A DNA stretch of 64,000 nt from positions 3,776,001 through 3,840,000 of the forward strand of contig OY771587.1 of assembly GCA_963674825.1 (NCBI GenBank). Direction: 5' to 3'. How positions within the stretch are numbered: position 1 is the first letter of the stretch; each line of letters begins with the position of its first letter. A program made the position numbers and the translations under genes. Of the stretch, positions 20,201 through 29,900 are shown in pieces. The DNA comes from Candidatus Cloacimonadales bacterium (lineage in GTDB: Bacteria; Cloacimonadota; Cloacimonadia; Cloacimonadales; JAIOQZ01). The notes beneath the pieces were generated by a model. The model made no database searches. It saw only the letters and a program-made list of their open reading frames with translations, and had not been told where the DNA came from.

Positions 20201-20812
20201 AATTGCACGATCGTAAACAATTCATCCGGTGGAGCCGGGGGACTTTTCATTACCGGTCAGGGAGATACCTTCCCCGGTATCGAGATCATGAATACGATTC
20301 TGTGGGGAAACGATAATGACCAGATACGGTTATGGAGCAGCGAGAAGAGACTGAACATCACATTTTGCGATGTCATGGATGGGATCAATGGGATCAGTTA
20401 TCGACCGCAGGATGAAGTGACCTACTTGAATAATATCGCCCAGGATCCCCTGTTCTCCGATGAAATCGCACAAGACTACACGCTCTTGGGGAATTCTCCT
20501 TGTATCGACACGGGTAACCCAGACCCGCAATATAACGATCCCGACGGAAGCCGCAACGATATCGGAGCTTTCTACTTCACCGGACTCGGTGTTCCGGCGA
20601 ATCTTGTGATATCTGTTGCTGAATCGACCGTAACGATTACCTGGCAACCGGTCGATAGCGCCAGTAGCTACAAAGTGTATTCATGCGGTACGCCGGACGG
20701 TAACTTCACAGAGGACACAACTGGAACCTTAAATGGAACAAGCTGGACTGCCCCCATGCCCCGTGGTGACAGATATTACCACGTGAAAGCTGTTTCAGGA
20801 GACCGTGAATAG
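11258..20812 (+). CDS. Giant secreted modular protein A (3184 aa): 4x[LamG-PKD], adhesin-like domain, FN3s, PKD, BACON-like, beta-helix repeats, FN3-like C-terminus
   Basis: Signal peptide; four GLVAWYP...DD(I/V)RIY(D/N/E)R units; WDFGDG/WDFDSDG PKD motifs; YYFRVRA/YHVTAV FN3 motifs; GGGIY/GGAIY repeats; DPDGSRNDIGAFY. Confidence 0.88.
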   Translation: MKSRLLLLILITFTIMNALPNAGQAITWDRDVDLTNGLVAWYPLDGNTFDFSGNHSPAIMNGDVHYVNGHFNDQDGAMFFDGNSDWLYAFEDTEPHSAYSVATWVKFADHQGDNNIFQSGWIGATWTKYSLYYNDGATISTIIGTDSAPEALHTPFTITDEVWYHIASVYSGDAIKTFVDGVMIDSVSVSICPIGGGSYNNECRIGGHLSDGEAGLHGALDDIRIYDRALNPEEIELLYYGDTFQASFFADETNVPAGTEIQFYNTSTGMPDMCLWDFGDGNSSTEQNPTHTYTEDGTYDVTLTIYRDDMQDTCVEEGYITIEYDLEDGLVAWYPFNNGSLEDISGTGNDGDDFGTTSIVTNRFNQVNQALEFDGSTSKIYLGSDDSIDYLFSTDARDSSFSVSAWFNVYTLAYQFGGYPILHIGTNSPNWQFNLGLRDETYGGELYTGSHGMLPSNLTGDNSVSTNVWHHAIVTYSGETHTANLYLDGQIIDSGVYEGGGSDCEQDSVFIGYGKAWGSHFSGKIDDIRIYNRVLHQGEIALLYCSDSIAADFYADETTQYEHQEIQFHDASEGGPTSWQWDFGDGNSSTEQNPTHTYADEGTYDVTLTIYRDDIECTTTKQAYITIENSLEYGLVAWYPLDGDAEDASGNGHDGTVDGALPCEDRFRNTDSAYEFDGIDDIIEASNTPNLIDTCHTLCCWVSASGTDGFLVGKGENGINSSPYMLHAANSRYKYTVREAPNIIHTTMEQDDYNLITWYFLVGSYNGSQVSLYVNGVIVDSTISSGTALQNQSLNLTIGSASDNNGCFKGKIDDVRIYDRALSPDEITELYQGDTFDANFYTEDTTYPRQCEIQFYDTSQGAPTEWLWDFGDGTTSTEQHPTHSYDENGVYDVTLIVRRNDLEDYCFQRSYITIEDDLEYGLVAWYPFDGTTEDASGNFPDGTPYGIDYVAGHTGDSADYACRCNSTGDHVYIFDDSETYTGYSVSAWIKFDAHDGDNVIFTNNFRHTFQLYYNDGIEFNTIINYANDTEQQDAYRYTIDVVDDQWYHVTSVYTGSQLQLYLDGEMVGYQDTDLPVIGANTENNHCYIGGHLQSGDFYFHGAIDDVRIYERPLNSAEINRLFFGDQSYNLSFTASATEVTLGDAITFTPAVTAPITEYRWDFDSDGVIDSNDEEPVYTYATSGIKTITLTTVSEFDATATHTKEDYITVTGDFFTEDFDHDGNLPPGWTTNTRANWSAIQDDGSDYCVGVELSSPGETADCTLTSPVIDCSYYDYVSISYYNDYQDLLFQDNEGYGGFVEYSINGGEWEELIHYMAETVTGIETLLLPQASQQASLRLRFRYRKPQISQTDIWKIDDFMVLGGFTDDTPPTTITDLAAENIYANSVDLTWTPTIEDHFESYVIEYGIGDFGSVWSVGQDSTLAARTTSTTRVTGLETYGIYQFRIKAYDEYDHESGYSNTAIDTVDAEYWPPLITDPYPEQPSDWHNTNTVTIGCMIDDLGIGVDETTIEYRIDYNGNGAYDAIPEEEWTSEGIEFDNPDRGKRFFPSGNEYICRAEVTYSASTTDGDPLCFEWRAKDLFGTGPTYSGTSSEEGIADDWYVIKDITPPTQIPGLFGLALSNTEIGLFLGAESCDSFFDTYQIYYWNYENVDENSWLWDKEDDPGLGDPTVTYTTITGLEPNTNYYFRVRAIDMAGNTCELCDSIEVSTVGESSIPSAPENLSLQNAGNGVLLAWDQSPQADVDCYRIYRGLESGYLALQDSLMIDTRTPVPTHSFTDVDVVSGTTYFYHVTAVTTTGQESEPSDEYSIGYISLDIQADFTVDLQEITIGDTVHFTDMSHNGIPTGWEWDFQNDGTIDSYEQNPSWLYDATGTYSVSLTVTDANGTRSTRKSAMRATRSNPEVKEDYITVNPQIPVLAIDPDSLDFGDETTELTFTISNSGTGQLYWAADESEDWMSIAETSVRFVAASRDMRNSIGGSVASDDSTQVLVSIDRTYLIEGDYDGTISVTSNGGTQDINVHMEVVGNAPDAPTNLLAYPADSEISLTWDSNTEADLGEYRLYRDTTPDPSTLVAVIDASQRTVTYLDTLLTNGVTYHYHVTAVDVLGNESDPSNEATATPVEIPTYWFVSTTGTDGPDYGSQTEPFATIQYAIDTAVSGDTIQVADGVYHENINFNGKDLLLTSEYFVDEETSHIFNTIIDGGGNNRVASFVNGESSQAILNGLTLRNGNASYGGGIYCQNTNPTLSHLRVVGNYANYGGGIALIESDCQMIRLEMTGNQALHKGGGIYLDGSNPEMINCTIACNMCISGGGAYVKNSTDVTIINSIIFGNDQWQISFGSGGSISNIDVSYSLLDENDINTGANYGYIDSSNLLQTYPLFWNAKYKPYNGTPYSNGNFRLHSISACRDAGSPVLIYNDPDGTRNDMGAYYYDINTPESEFQSTLFVSENGSNTTGTGDFTNPYQTVQYSIDQIQSTMTDTIIVLHGTYEENLQIQNSVVLGSLYLIDPWEGHIDATIIDGGTPSDSLEASGIAILNPSTRTFNSIDVSILGLTIRHGIGWRTTQLIELPDVDPYIVHRLVGGGIYVNDCTPFINANKFIENGLSGTHEGGAVYTSIDEDAEDRRTRPQLVLNYQNNWFFDNYAQVGSSVASNSFNGTIDLSGSEFDVAATLSRDECGVSNYWCANDSLISYTFDDCSGRQEAYVTNMSIQPDTLAIVLSKVYGEPSNPVTINLSAGRASPGRTLRTAFPLQIPDYVSIIGSGASSTEINPDSGSAAMLLDHSSGVSIGSLAITQGSSEIGGGLYTRDSEFSLQDVEFNGNQANIGGALFMQGSTMIVSGIVLDGNEALEGFAGAIYVENSVVYIADATLRNNVANFINTSEDAFGSGIYAYNTDITIQNLVLEDNVLPGDNSKGAGIYLFNSEGVETDVLIENVDIRNNSASYGGGIYMVRVNPTIRNVLIADNGAFMQGGAIYAKDCFPEIVNCTIVNNSSGGAGGLFITGQGDTFPGIEIMNTILWGNDNDQIRLWSSEKRLNITFCDVMDGINGISYRPQDEVTYLNNIAQDPLFSDEIAQDYTLLGNSPCIDTGNPDPQYNDPDGSRNDIGAFYFTGLGVPANLVISVAESTVTITWQPVDSASSYKVYSCGTPDGNFTEDTTGTLNGTSWTAPMPRGDRYYHVKAVSGDRE
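16960..18135 (+). repeat. Near-identical ~1.2-kb block shared with 30841-32016
   Basis: Constant offset of 13881 bp checked at the start, middle and end of the block; differences are mostly synonymous. Confidence 0.9.
20512..20795 (+). repeat. Near-identical 3' block shared with 34378-34661
   Basis: GGGTAACCCAGACCCGCAATA...GTGAAAGCTGTTT occurs in both giant genes at offset 13866. Confidence 0.9.
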
Positions 20813-20980
20813 ATAAAACTAATAAGGTCATTCCTCGAGAATGAAGTATCTCGTCACGATTTGCGATTTCAAGGAGTTGGCGTTCGGTCGAGTTTTTACA
20901 TTGACAAAACATCAGAAATCGGTGCTATCTGCTATGAATATAGTCTTTAATAATAATACCGTTCGATGCAAGGAGCTACG

Positions 20981-23900
20981 ATGAGTAAGTTTATCGTTTT
21001 CTTTCTTTCACTTGTTTCAATATACACATTATCTGCTGACGGTGTTGCACCTTCAGGAGCCGGTACGGAGCAAAGCCCGTATCTGATCAGCAGCCTGGAT
21101 AATCTCCTGTGGTTATCGACGACGACAAGCGTCTGGAATGATGGCGCGTACTTCGAGCAAACAGCTGATATCGATGCTTCAGATACACAGACCTGGAACG
21201 GCGGGGCCGGATTCAGCCCTATCGGGACGGATGAAACCAATAAGTTTGTTGGAAACGTGGATGGGGGCAATTTCACCATTTCAAACCTGTACATTTATCT
21301 ACCGTCAAATGAAGATGTGGGCCTCTTTGGCTATGCAGATTCCAGCCGGTTCGAGAATATCACGATTGAAGATTCCGAAGTACATGGAGATGATCGCTCA
21401 GCAATATTGATCGGGCGAGTAAACAAATATTCCGAGATTGATAATTGCCACATTATCAATAGCTCTGTTGATGGAGAGGGGGGGTGTGGCTTACTATGTG
21501 GATATGCATGGCACCACTGCGAGATAAGAAGTTCCTCAGCAAGCGGTACGGTAAGTGTTACTCAGAATGCTGGTGGATGTATTGGTTATGTAAATTATGA
21601 GTGCCTTGTTGAAGATTCCTACTCAAGTGCAAATGTAATTGCCACTGGCGGCTATGCCGGTGGTTTTATCAAAAGCAACAATTTATCCATTGTACGAGAA
21701 TGTTATTCAACGGGCGATGTTCAAGGGACTTCATACATAGGAGGGTTTGCAAGCTCTGGATATGAATCAATAATCAATTGTTTCTGTAGCGGTTCAGTTA
21801 CAAGCACAGGTGAGTACTCTGGCGGATTTGCAGGCGCAGTTTTTGGTAGTGTTTATAATTGCTATACCGTGTCAGAGTTATCGGGGAATACATATGATGG
21901 CGGATTTGTAGGGTATTACAATGGCACATTGTTCAGCAATTGTATATGGTCAAATACGTTATCAGACCCGGGGACCGCTGTGGGCCGCGAAATCTCCGGT
22001 TCATACAACAATCTTGAAGAAAGTAACCACGACGAGATGAGGCTTGAAAGTACCTTCACTTCACTGGGTTGGGATTTTCTGGGTGAAACTGGTAACGGAA
22101 CCAATGAGTACTGGCACACCAATCCCAATGTTAATGATGGCTTTCCGTTCCTGTATCATGGAGAAGTTTTTGCGGATTTCAGTGCTGACATAACGGTTAC
22201 GGAAGCAGGCATCGACATTCATTTCAGCGATGAATCCGTCCCCCAAGATTCCGTTTCTTCCTGGGAATGGGACTTCGATGGCGACGGTTCGGTTGACAGC
22301 TACATTCAAAACCCTATATGGAGCTACAGCTCTACAGGTGTGTTCTCGCCTGCCTTGAGAATCAACGGCGACCACGAAAACGAATTCTGCTACATCGAGA
22401 AAACTGGATACATCGTTATAATCGATCCGGCTGACGGCACAGGAACCGAGAACGATCCCTTTTTGATCTCGAGTCTGGGGAACTTGCTCTGGCTCTCTTA
22501 TACCCAATCTGTGTGGGACGACGGAGCGTATTTCAAGCAGACCTCGAACATCGATGCGACCCCTACCTACAATATTGACAACCATCGTGGGTTTGTTCCA
22601 ATCGGGAACAATTCCGTTCAATTCAATGGAACCTTCAACGGAAATGATTACACGATTGCCAATCTGTTTGTTGATAAGCCTGCTCAAATCTATATTGGGC
22701 TATTCGGCAGGACACTTAATGCATATATTGAGAATGTGAATCTAACAAGCGCAAGCATGACTGGCGATAGATGGGTTGGCGCTCTAGCGGGTTTAAGCCA
22801 AACAACCGATATTGCGAACTGTTTTTCATCAGGCTTGATTCAGGGTAACGACACATTTGGGGGGCTGATGGGGAAAATTGATGGTAGCATTGTTTCCTCA
22901 TCATCAGAATGCGATGTTGAGGGAGGGAGAGTTGCCGGAGGCCTTGCCGGTTCAATAACTTTGGCAACAGTATCGGATTGTTACGCGGAAGGACATGTTC
23001 ATGCTACTGGTGACTATTCCGGTGGTCTCATTGGCTCGAACAACTATTCCACGGTTCAAAGGTGCTATTCGCTTGGACATGTGACCGGAAGTGATAAAGT
23101 TGGCGGGTTTATTGGCAGTGATTATTGCACATTATATTCACCTTCGAGCATAACCAACTGTGTGTGGAATACCGAAACATCCGGGATGTCAACGGGAATC
23201 GGTGTGACAGACTCGGAAGGGACCTACAGTGTAAATGGTAAAACCTCGACTCAAATGAGAGAAAAATCAACCTACACGAGCATCAGCTGGGATTTCGTTG
23301 GTGAAACGGCGAACGGCTCAGCAGATATATGGGACATTGGTCCGGGATCGAACGATGGGTATCCATTTTTCTACGATCCTATCATCATTGAGGAAGACAC
23401 GATCTGGTCGGGCCCAGTTTTCACTGTAGATGCGGACGTCACTATCGCAGACGGCGTAACCCTGACCATCGACCCGGGGACCGTCGTGAAGTTCCAGGGG
23501 CATCATACGCTGAATGTCCAGGGATGCCTCTTGGCGGTGGGAACCGAAGCCGAGCGCATAAGCTTTACCATCGCCGACACAACTGGCTTCAGCGATCCCG
23601 AAACCGAGGCCGGCGGTTGGGGTGGCATCCGCTTCGACAACACCCCCGTCACCAACGATTCCTCGAAAATCGCTTACTGCGATATCGAATACGGGAAGGC
23701 GACGGATGGGGAGCATCCTGCAATATGCGGTGGTGCAATATATGTAAATGCCTTTGATAAAATCGTGATTGACCACTGCAATATTCAAAATAACATAGCT
23801 GGTGATGATGGCGGGGCCGTTTACTGTTTTGATTCCCGACTGAGTGTTTCCTGTAGTCATTTCGAAAACAATTACGCAAGCACCGATGGGGGAGCTCTTA

Positions 23901-26900
23901 GATTCTTGCAATCAAATGCCATTATCAACGCTTGTTGCTTTACTAACAATGAAGCTGAAGATGATGGTGGTGCAATCGATTTCTACCAGTGTGATTCCAG
24001 CCGGGTAGAGAATTGCGATTTTACCGACAATGAAACCTACAGCACAGGCGGAGCAATCAATTCTTACCAATCATCACCCGATGTAATAGGATGTTTGTTT
24101 GCCTCAAACTCAGCCCAGTCCGAAGGTGGTGGGGCCATCATGATCATGGGTCTGAATTCCAACGCAAAGCTTATAAATTGTACAATTATATCAAACTATG
24201 GTTACTTGGGCGGTGGAATCCTCTTTGATTGTAACGAAGGCAGTGAACCCGAACTGATAAACAACATCATTTATGACAATACCTCCTTTGATGGCGATCA
24301 GTTGTTTCTATATACCCAATATTCGGATCCTGATATCTTCTTCTGCAATATTGAAGATGGTCAGGAAGAATTTGGGTTGAATGGCAACGTCACATATGAC
24401 GGCACCTACCAGAACAACATCGACGTCGATCCCGGGTTTGTGGGTACTGGCGATCATCCGTATCAACTGGGGGATATGAGCTATTGCGCAGATGCCGGGC
24501 ACCCGGATTTGTCCGGCCTCGACATCCCCGATACAGACCTGGCCGGCAATCCCCGCATCCACAATAACCGAATCGACATCGGCGCGTACGAGTACCAGGG
24601 GGATCAATTCCAGCCGGATTTTGTGTGGGCCAAAAGCGGAGGTTTTCTGGGTACTTACGGTGTGGATGTCGATAAAGACGGAAATGTTTACGTAGTTGGC
24701 TCTTATGTAGGTGCTATAGAGTATAGTCCCGGCTTATATACAGAAGAATACGGCACTTCGGATATCTATGTCGCAAAATTGGATCGAGACGGCAATTGGC
24801 AATGGGTGTTTACCGCTGGTGGCGTTAACGCAGATGAGGGCTCCGATATCTGCATTGGAAGTGACGGTAGTATATATGTAACAGGTTCATGCAACGGTAA
24901 CGTTACATTTGGTTCTCAGACAATCACCTCAACCGGAAACAATCTTTTCATACTCAAACTCGAAAGTTCTGGAGAGGTTTGCTGGGTTGAACCGATTGCT
25001 TGTGGTGCCACACATTCATTCAGGAATATATGTGTGGATATTGAAGATAACCTCTATATTGCAGGAGCATTCACCAGCACGATTGATCTGGGATCAACAT
25101 ACTCCGCAAATGGATCCTCTTGTGACCTCTATATTGCAAAATACACGAATGAGCGTTCATGGGATTGGGTCATCACAGCTGGGAGTAACAATCAGAATGA
25201 TTTATTGCTGGATATGGAGATCGACAAAAGCGGTTTTCTCTATGCAACAGGCTCATACAGAGGCAATTTCAGTCTGGAAGGACATTACCTCTCTCATGTA
25301 AGTGAAACCGATGTTTTTGCGGTGAAATTGAGTAGTGGAGGTGTTGTGGAATATGTTACAACTGGCACTGGGGCATCGAACGACTCTGGATTCTGTATTA
25401 CTGTAGATGATGACAATAATGCATATATCGGAGGTAATTTCAGAAGCAATCTAACTTTTGATGGTGTCACCAATTTGAATTCGGTTGAAGCAGACGACTA
25501 CGATATGTTCATCGCGAAACTTGATGCAAATGGAAACAAAGTCTGGGCGAACTCAGTCAGTAGCCTTGGTAGCAGTGATGGCTTTCGAGATTTGTTATTA
25601 CTCGACAATCAACTTAAAGTGCTGGGCAATGTAGAGGGTACAGCGCTATTCGGAGAAACTTCAATTACGTCCAATGGGGAATCCGACTGTTTCATTGCTT
25701 CGATGGACCTTCAGGGAATTTTCCAGAATGTCAGAACATTCGGCGGTACAGGAAATGATCTTTCCTATGGAATTTCATCCAATCCTGTTGGTGATCTGGC
25801 TCTCACGGGTATATTCAGTGATTCCATATGGATCGGAAATACACAACTTGTCGCTGAAGAAAACTACGATGGCTTCGTCACACAATTCGGCTACAACGAC
25901 CCCATACCCGCTTTCGAGGCAAGCTATGCTGCGGACAATCTCACACCGGTCGCGGGGGACGTTATCCAGTTTACCGATACCTCTACAGGCAACCACACAG
26001 AATGGTACTGGGATTTTGGTGATGGCAACACCAGCACGGAGCAGCACCCGACGCATGCTTTCGCAACTCCGGGGACGTATGAAGTCAAAATGACCATCAC
26101 GAAATGGCCGTTCCGGGATCGCTATACAACCACATTTACAGAAGGAGACAACCCGGAAAGCGGAATGATCGCCTACTACCCCTTCACCGCTGGAAGCGTT
26201 GCCGACAGCTCCGGATGTGGGAACGACGGTGTAAACCAGGGAGCTGTACCTGCTCCTGATCGATTTGGTATTGAGAACAACTGCTATTCCTTCAACGGAG
26301 ATGATGATTATATCACAACATCATTTACGCCGTTAATATATGCAGATTCGGCGTTTACAATGTCTGTTTGGGTAAAGGTTGATCCCTATACGAACTCTGA
26401 ATATTATGATACGATCCTCGGTTTTGAATCCTCTGGCAGCAATTCATTTAACCTGAGATATGACGCATATTCCTGGGATCTGTTTGATGTATATTACAGA
26501 GACGATAATCATGCAAATGATGTTGTAAGCATCATGGAACATGCAGATGGCGTGTGGCATCATTTTGTTGTAGAAAAAACAGTTGATGGTTATTTGAATA
26601 CTTGGGAGGGAGGTGTTCTACGTTACTCGACCGAGTTAAGTGCAACAGGAGATCTGAACATTGTGACATCAAAGAGTGTTTATTTGGGGTGCTCAAATCA
26701 CAACAATGTTGCAAGTTATGATTTTGATGGTTATATAGATGATTTCAGATTCTACAACCGTGCTCTATCCGCATCGGAAATCCAGGCGTTGTATCACGAA
26801 GGTGGATGGGATGATCTCGATCAGGGGCTGGTGGCCTACTATCCCTTCAACGGCAATGCCTCCGATGAATCCTGGAATGGAAACGACGGTGATGTCCATA

Positions 26901-29900
26901 CTGGCACCAGCAACCAGCCTGAATTATTTTTCGACCGATTCGGCAATCCGGCATCCGCTTATGGATTCGATGGGGTGGATGATTATATCGATATGGGATT
27001 CGCTCCTCAAAGCTGGCATGAGATTACGCTCTGTGGCTGGGTGAATCGAGCAGTTTATGGAAATAGCCCTATTATTGGGGAAGGTGGACAAGATTCCGGA
27101 GATAATGACCTATATCTTAGAATCTTCGATTCCAATCTTCAATTCCGGGTTCGCACACCAGGCGATAGTAAAGTGTTGCAGGATCCCAACCCGTTTATTG
27201 ATGATCAGTGGGAGTTTGTTGCAGCCACATGGAAAATTAGTGATCAGTTGAAATTATATACGAACGGGCAATCTGTGGGGTCAATGTCCGCGCAAAGTGA
27301 CACAAACGACTATGATTATTCCCTTTACATCGGGGCTTTGCATGCAGGAACGGAAGAGCTGGCTTCTGTGTTCAACGGCGTTATAGACGACATCCGTATC
27401 TACAACAGAGTCCTGACCGAAGACGAAATCCAAACGCTTTACAATGAAGGGGGCTGGGAGCAACTAAATGCCAACTTCGCTGCCAGAGATACCATTGTGC
27501 CGCTAGGGGAGGATGTCGAGTTCTTCAATTGCTCCTCAGGGCAACCGACGGGCTGGCTTTGGGATTTCGGCGATGGCAACACCAGCACCGATCAAAATCC
27601 GATCCACAGCTACGAAGAGTACGGCACGTACGATGTAACGTTGACCATTACGAAAGATGCCGATCAATCCTTGATTACGAAAACCGGATACATTCATGTC
27701 CAGGACAACGTTAACTACGGCATGATGGCCTATTACCCCTTCGACGGGGATGCCACGGATGCAAGCGGGAACTGGAACAATGGGCAGATAAGTGGAAGCG
27801 TTGTCGCGGACAGCAACCGGTTTGAGATTGAAAATGAATCACTGTACCTGACGGGCTCGTCCAGCAGGATCGCTTTGAATCCTGAATTGGTGAAGTTCCA
27901 GTATGATGAAGACTTCTCGTTATCAGTATGGCTAAAGGACGGAGGTGCAAGCGCTTCCGACTGGGTGATAACGGCAGCTACTGATGGGCATGGTGGTGAG
28001 TTGAACGGATGGGCGCTTGAAGTGAACGAAGACCACATCAGATGGTGGCTAAGCCAGTCTGCGAACGACATGTTAAATAACTATATCTACGAAGAAACAG
28101 GTCTGTGGTTCCATTGTGTGTTGGTATATGACGCTACCACGCATCAAACAGGAATGTATCACAACAACGTATATTACCCCGGCGAAACACTCAATAACAC
28201 GCCAATTTACACGGGCGAGGATTATTGCTCGATCGGTAGTTATTTTGACGATGGAACCCATCAATTTTTCTGGACAGGCAATGTTGACAATCTTCGCATC
28301 TACGACAGGGTTCTATCCTCCACCGAAATCGATTCTCTCTATCATCAGGGAGGTTGGCCACCGGCCATCAATGCGGAAATATCGGTAACACCGGACGTAA
28401 GGCGAGTTGCTGTTGGCGAAAACCTGCAATTCAATGTTGTTTCCGATGATTCTGAAAGCATCGTATCGTGGGAATGGGATTTCGAAACGGACGGCCAGAT
28501 TGACGCGACCGTCCAATCGCCGCAACACGCTTTCACGCAATCGGATAGCTATCAGGTTTCACTTACGGTTATCAGTCAATACGGATACCACCAAACCGTA
28601 TTTCTGGACGAGCCGATCGTCGTGGTCGAAGATATCTATTCGCAGGACTTCGATCTTGGCGGTTCGATACCCGGAGACTGGTCAACATCTACGCGCGCGG
28701 ACTGGGTACCAATACAGGAAGACGGAGACGATTATGCTGTTGGAGTTCAACTGGGAATGTTTGACGCCGGCACCTGGGTGCTGACATCCCCTTTGATTGA
28801 TTGCAGCGCTCACGAGGGGCTGGCTCTTATATATGACAACACCTACACGGATGCTCCAGAACTGGATTCTTCCTTACAGGGTGGATTTGTAGAATACTGT
28901 ATTGATGGCGGAGACTGGACAGAAGTGCGCCACTACAACGCAGAAACAACCCAAGGAACTGAAATCCTCGATCTGACAGGGACGGAAGGGACTTCAGTTC
29001 AAGTACGATTCACTTACACGAAACCCATGTTTAGTAATGCAGATGTATGGAAAATCGACAATTTCAAGATCAACGGAACGTCTTTCGATACAACCCCACC
29101 TGATCCGCCCACCAATGTCGTTGCGGAGCATGTGGGAGGTCAGGAAATCGTTCTTAGCTGGACTCCGGTCATTGAATCGAGATTCGATAAGTACGAGGTC
29201 GAATACGGCTTACTCGATCAGGATTTCAGCAACCTTTGGAGCACTGTTAACGATCCGTTACTTACGGACCGGACAACCAATTCAACTGTGATTACGGGTC
29301 TTCTGGATTATTCGATCTATCAGTTTAGAATGAAAGCCTGGGACCAGGCAGGTAACGTGAGTGACACCTACTCCAACACCGCGGTTGACACGGTAAATGC
29401 AGAATATGTTCCTCCCGTTATCAGTAATCCCGTACCCGAACAGCCATCGGAATGGCATAACGATTACACCGTAACGATCGGCTGCTCGATTACCGATTCT
29501 GGCGTGGGAGTCGATCCCTCCACAATACAATATCGTTTCGATTTTAACGGTAATGGCACATACGACGAGCTACCAGAAGAACAATGGACCGATTATCAGG
29601 CTTCACGGCGTCAAAGTGTTTCTCCTGTCATCTCTGATGCTGGTAGCACCAAACGCAAAAGCGATCTGCACAAGAATCAAACATTGTCAGCACTGTCGGA
29701 TGAAACGAATTCCTCTACACTCAGGAACACAATATTTTGTGAAACGGATGTCACCTCCTCCAATACGGTCTCGGAGGGGGTGATGATAAGCTTCGAGTGG
29801 AGATCGAAGGACGAGTGGGGCAACGGCTATGCTAACAGCGGCACCACATCTCTAGAAGGGATAATCGATGACTGGCAAGTGAAAATCGATGCAGCTCCCC

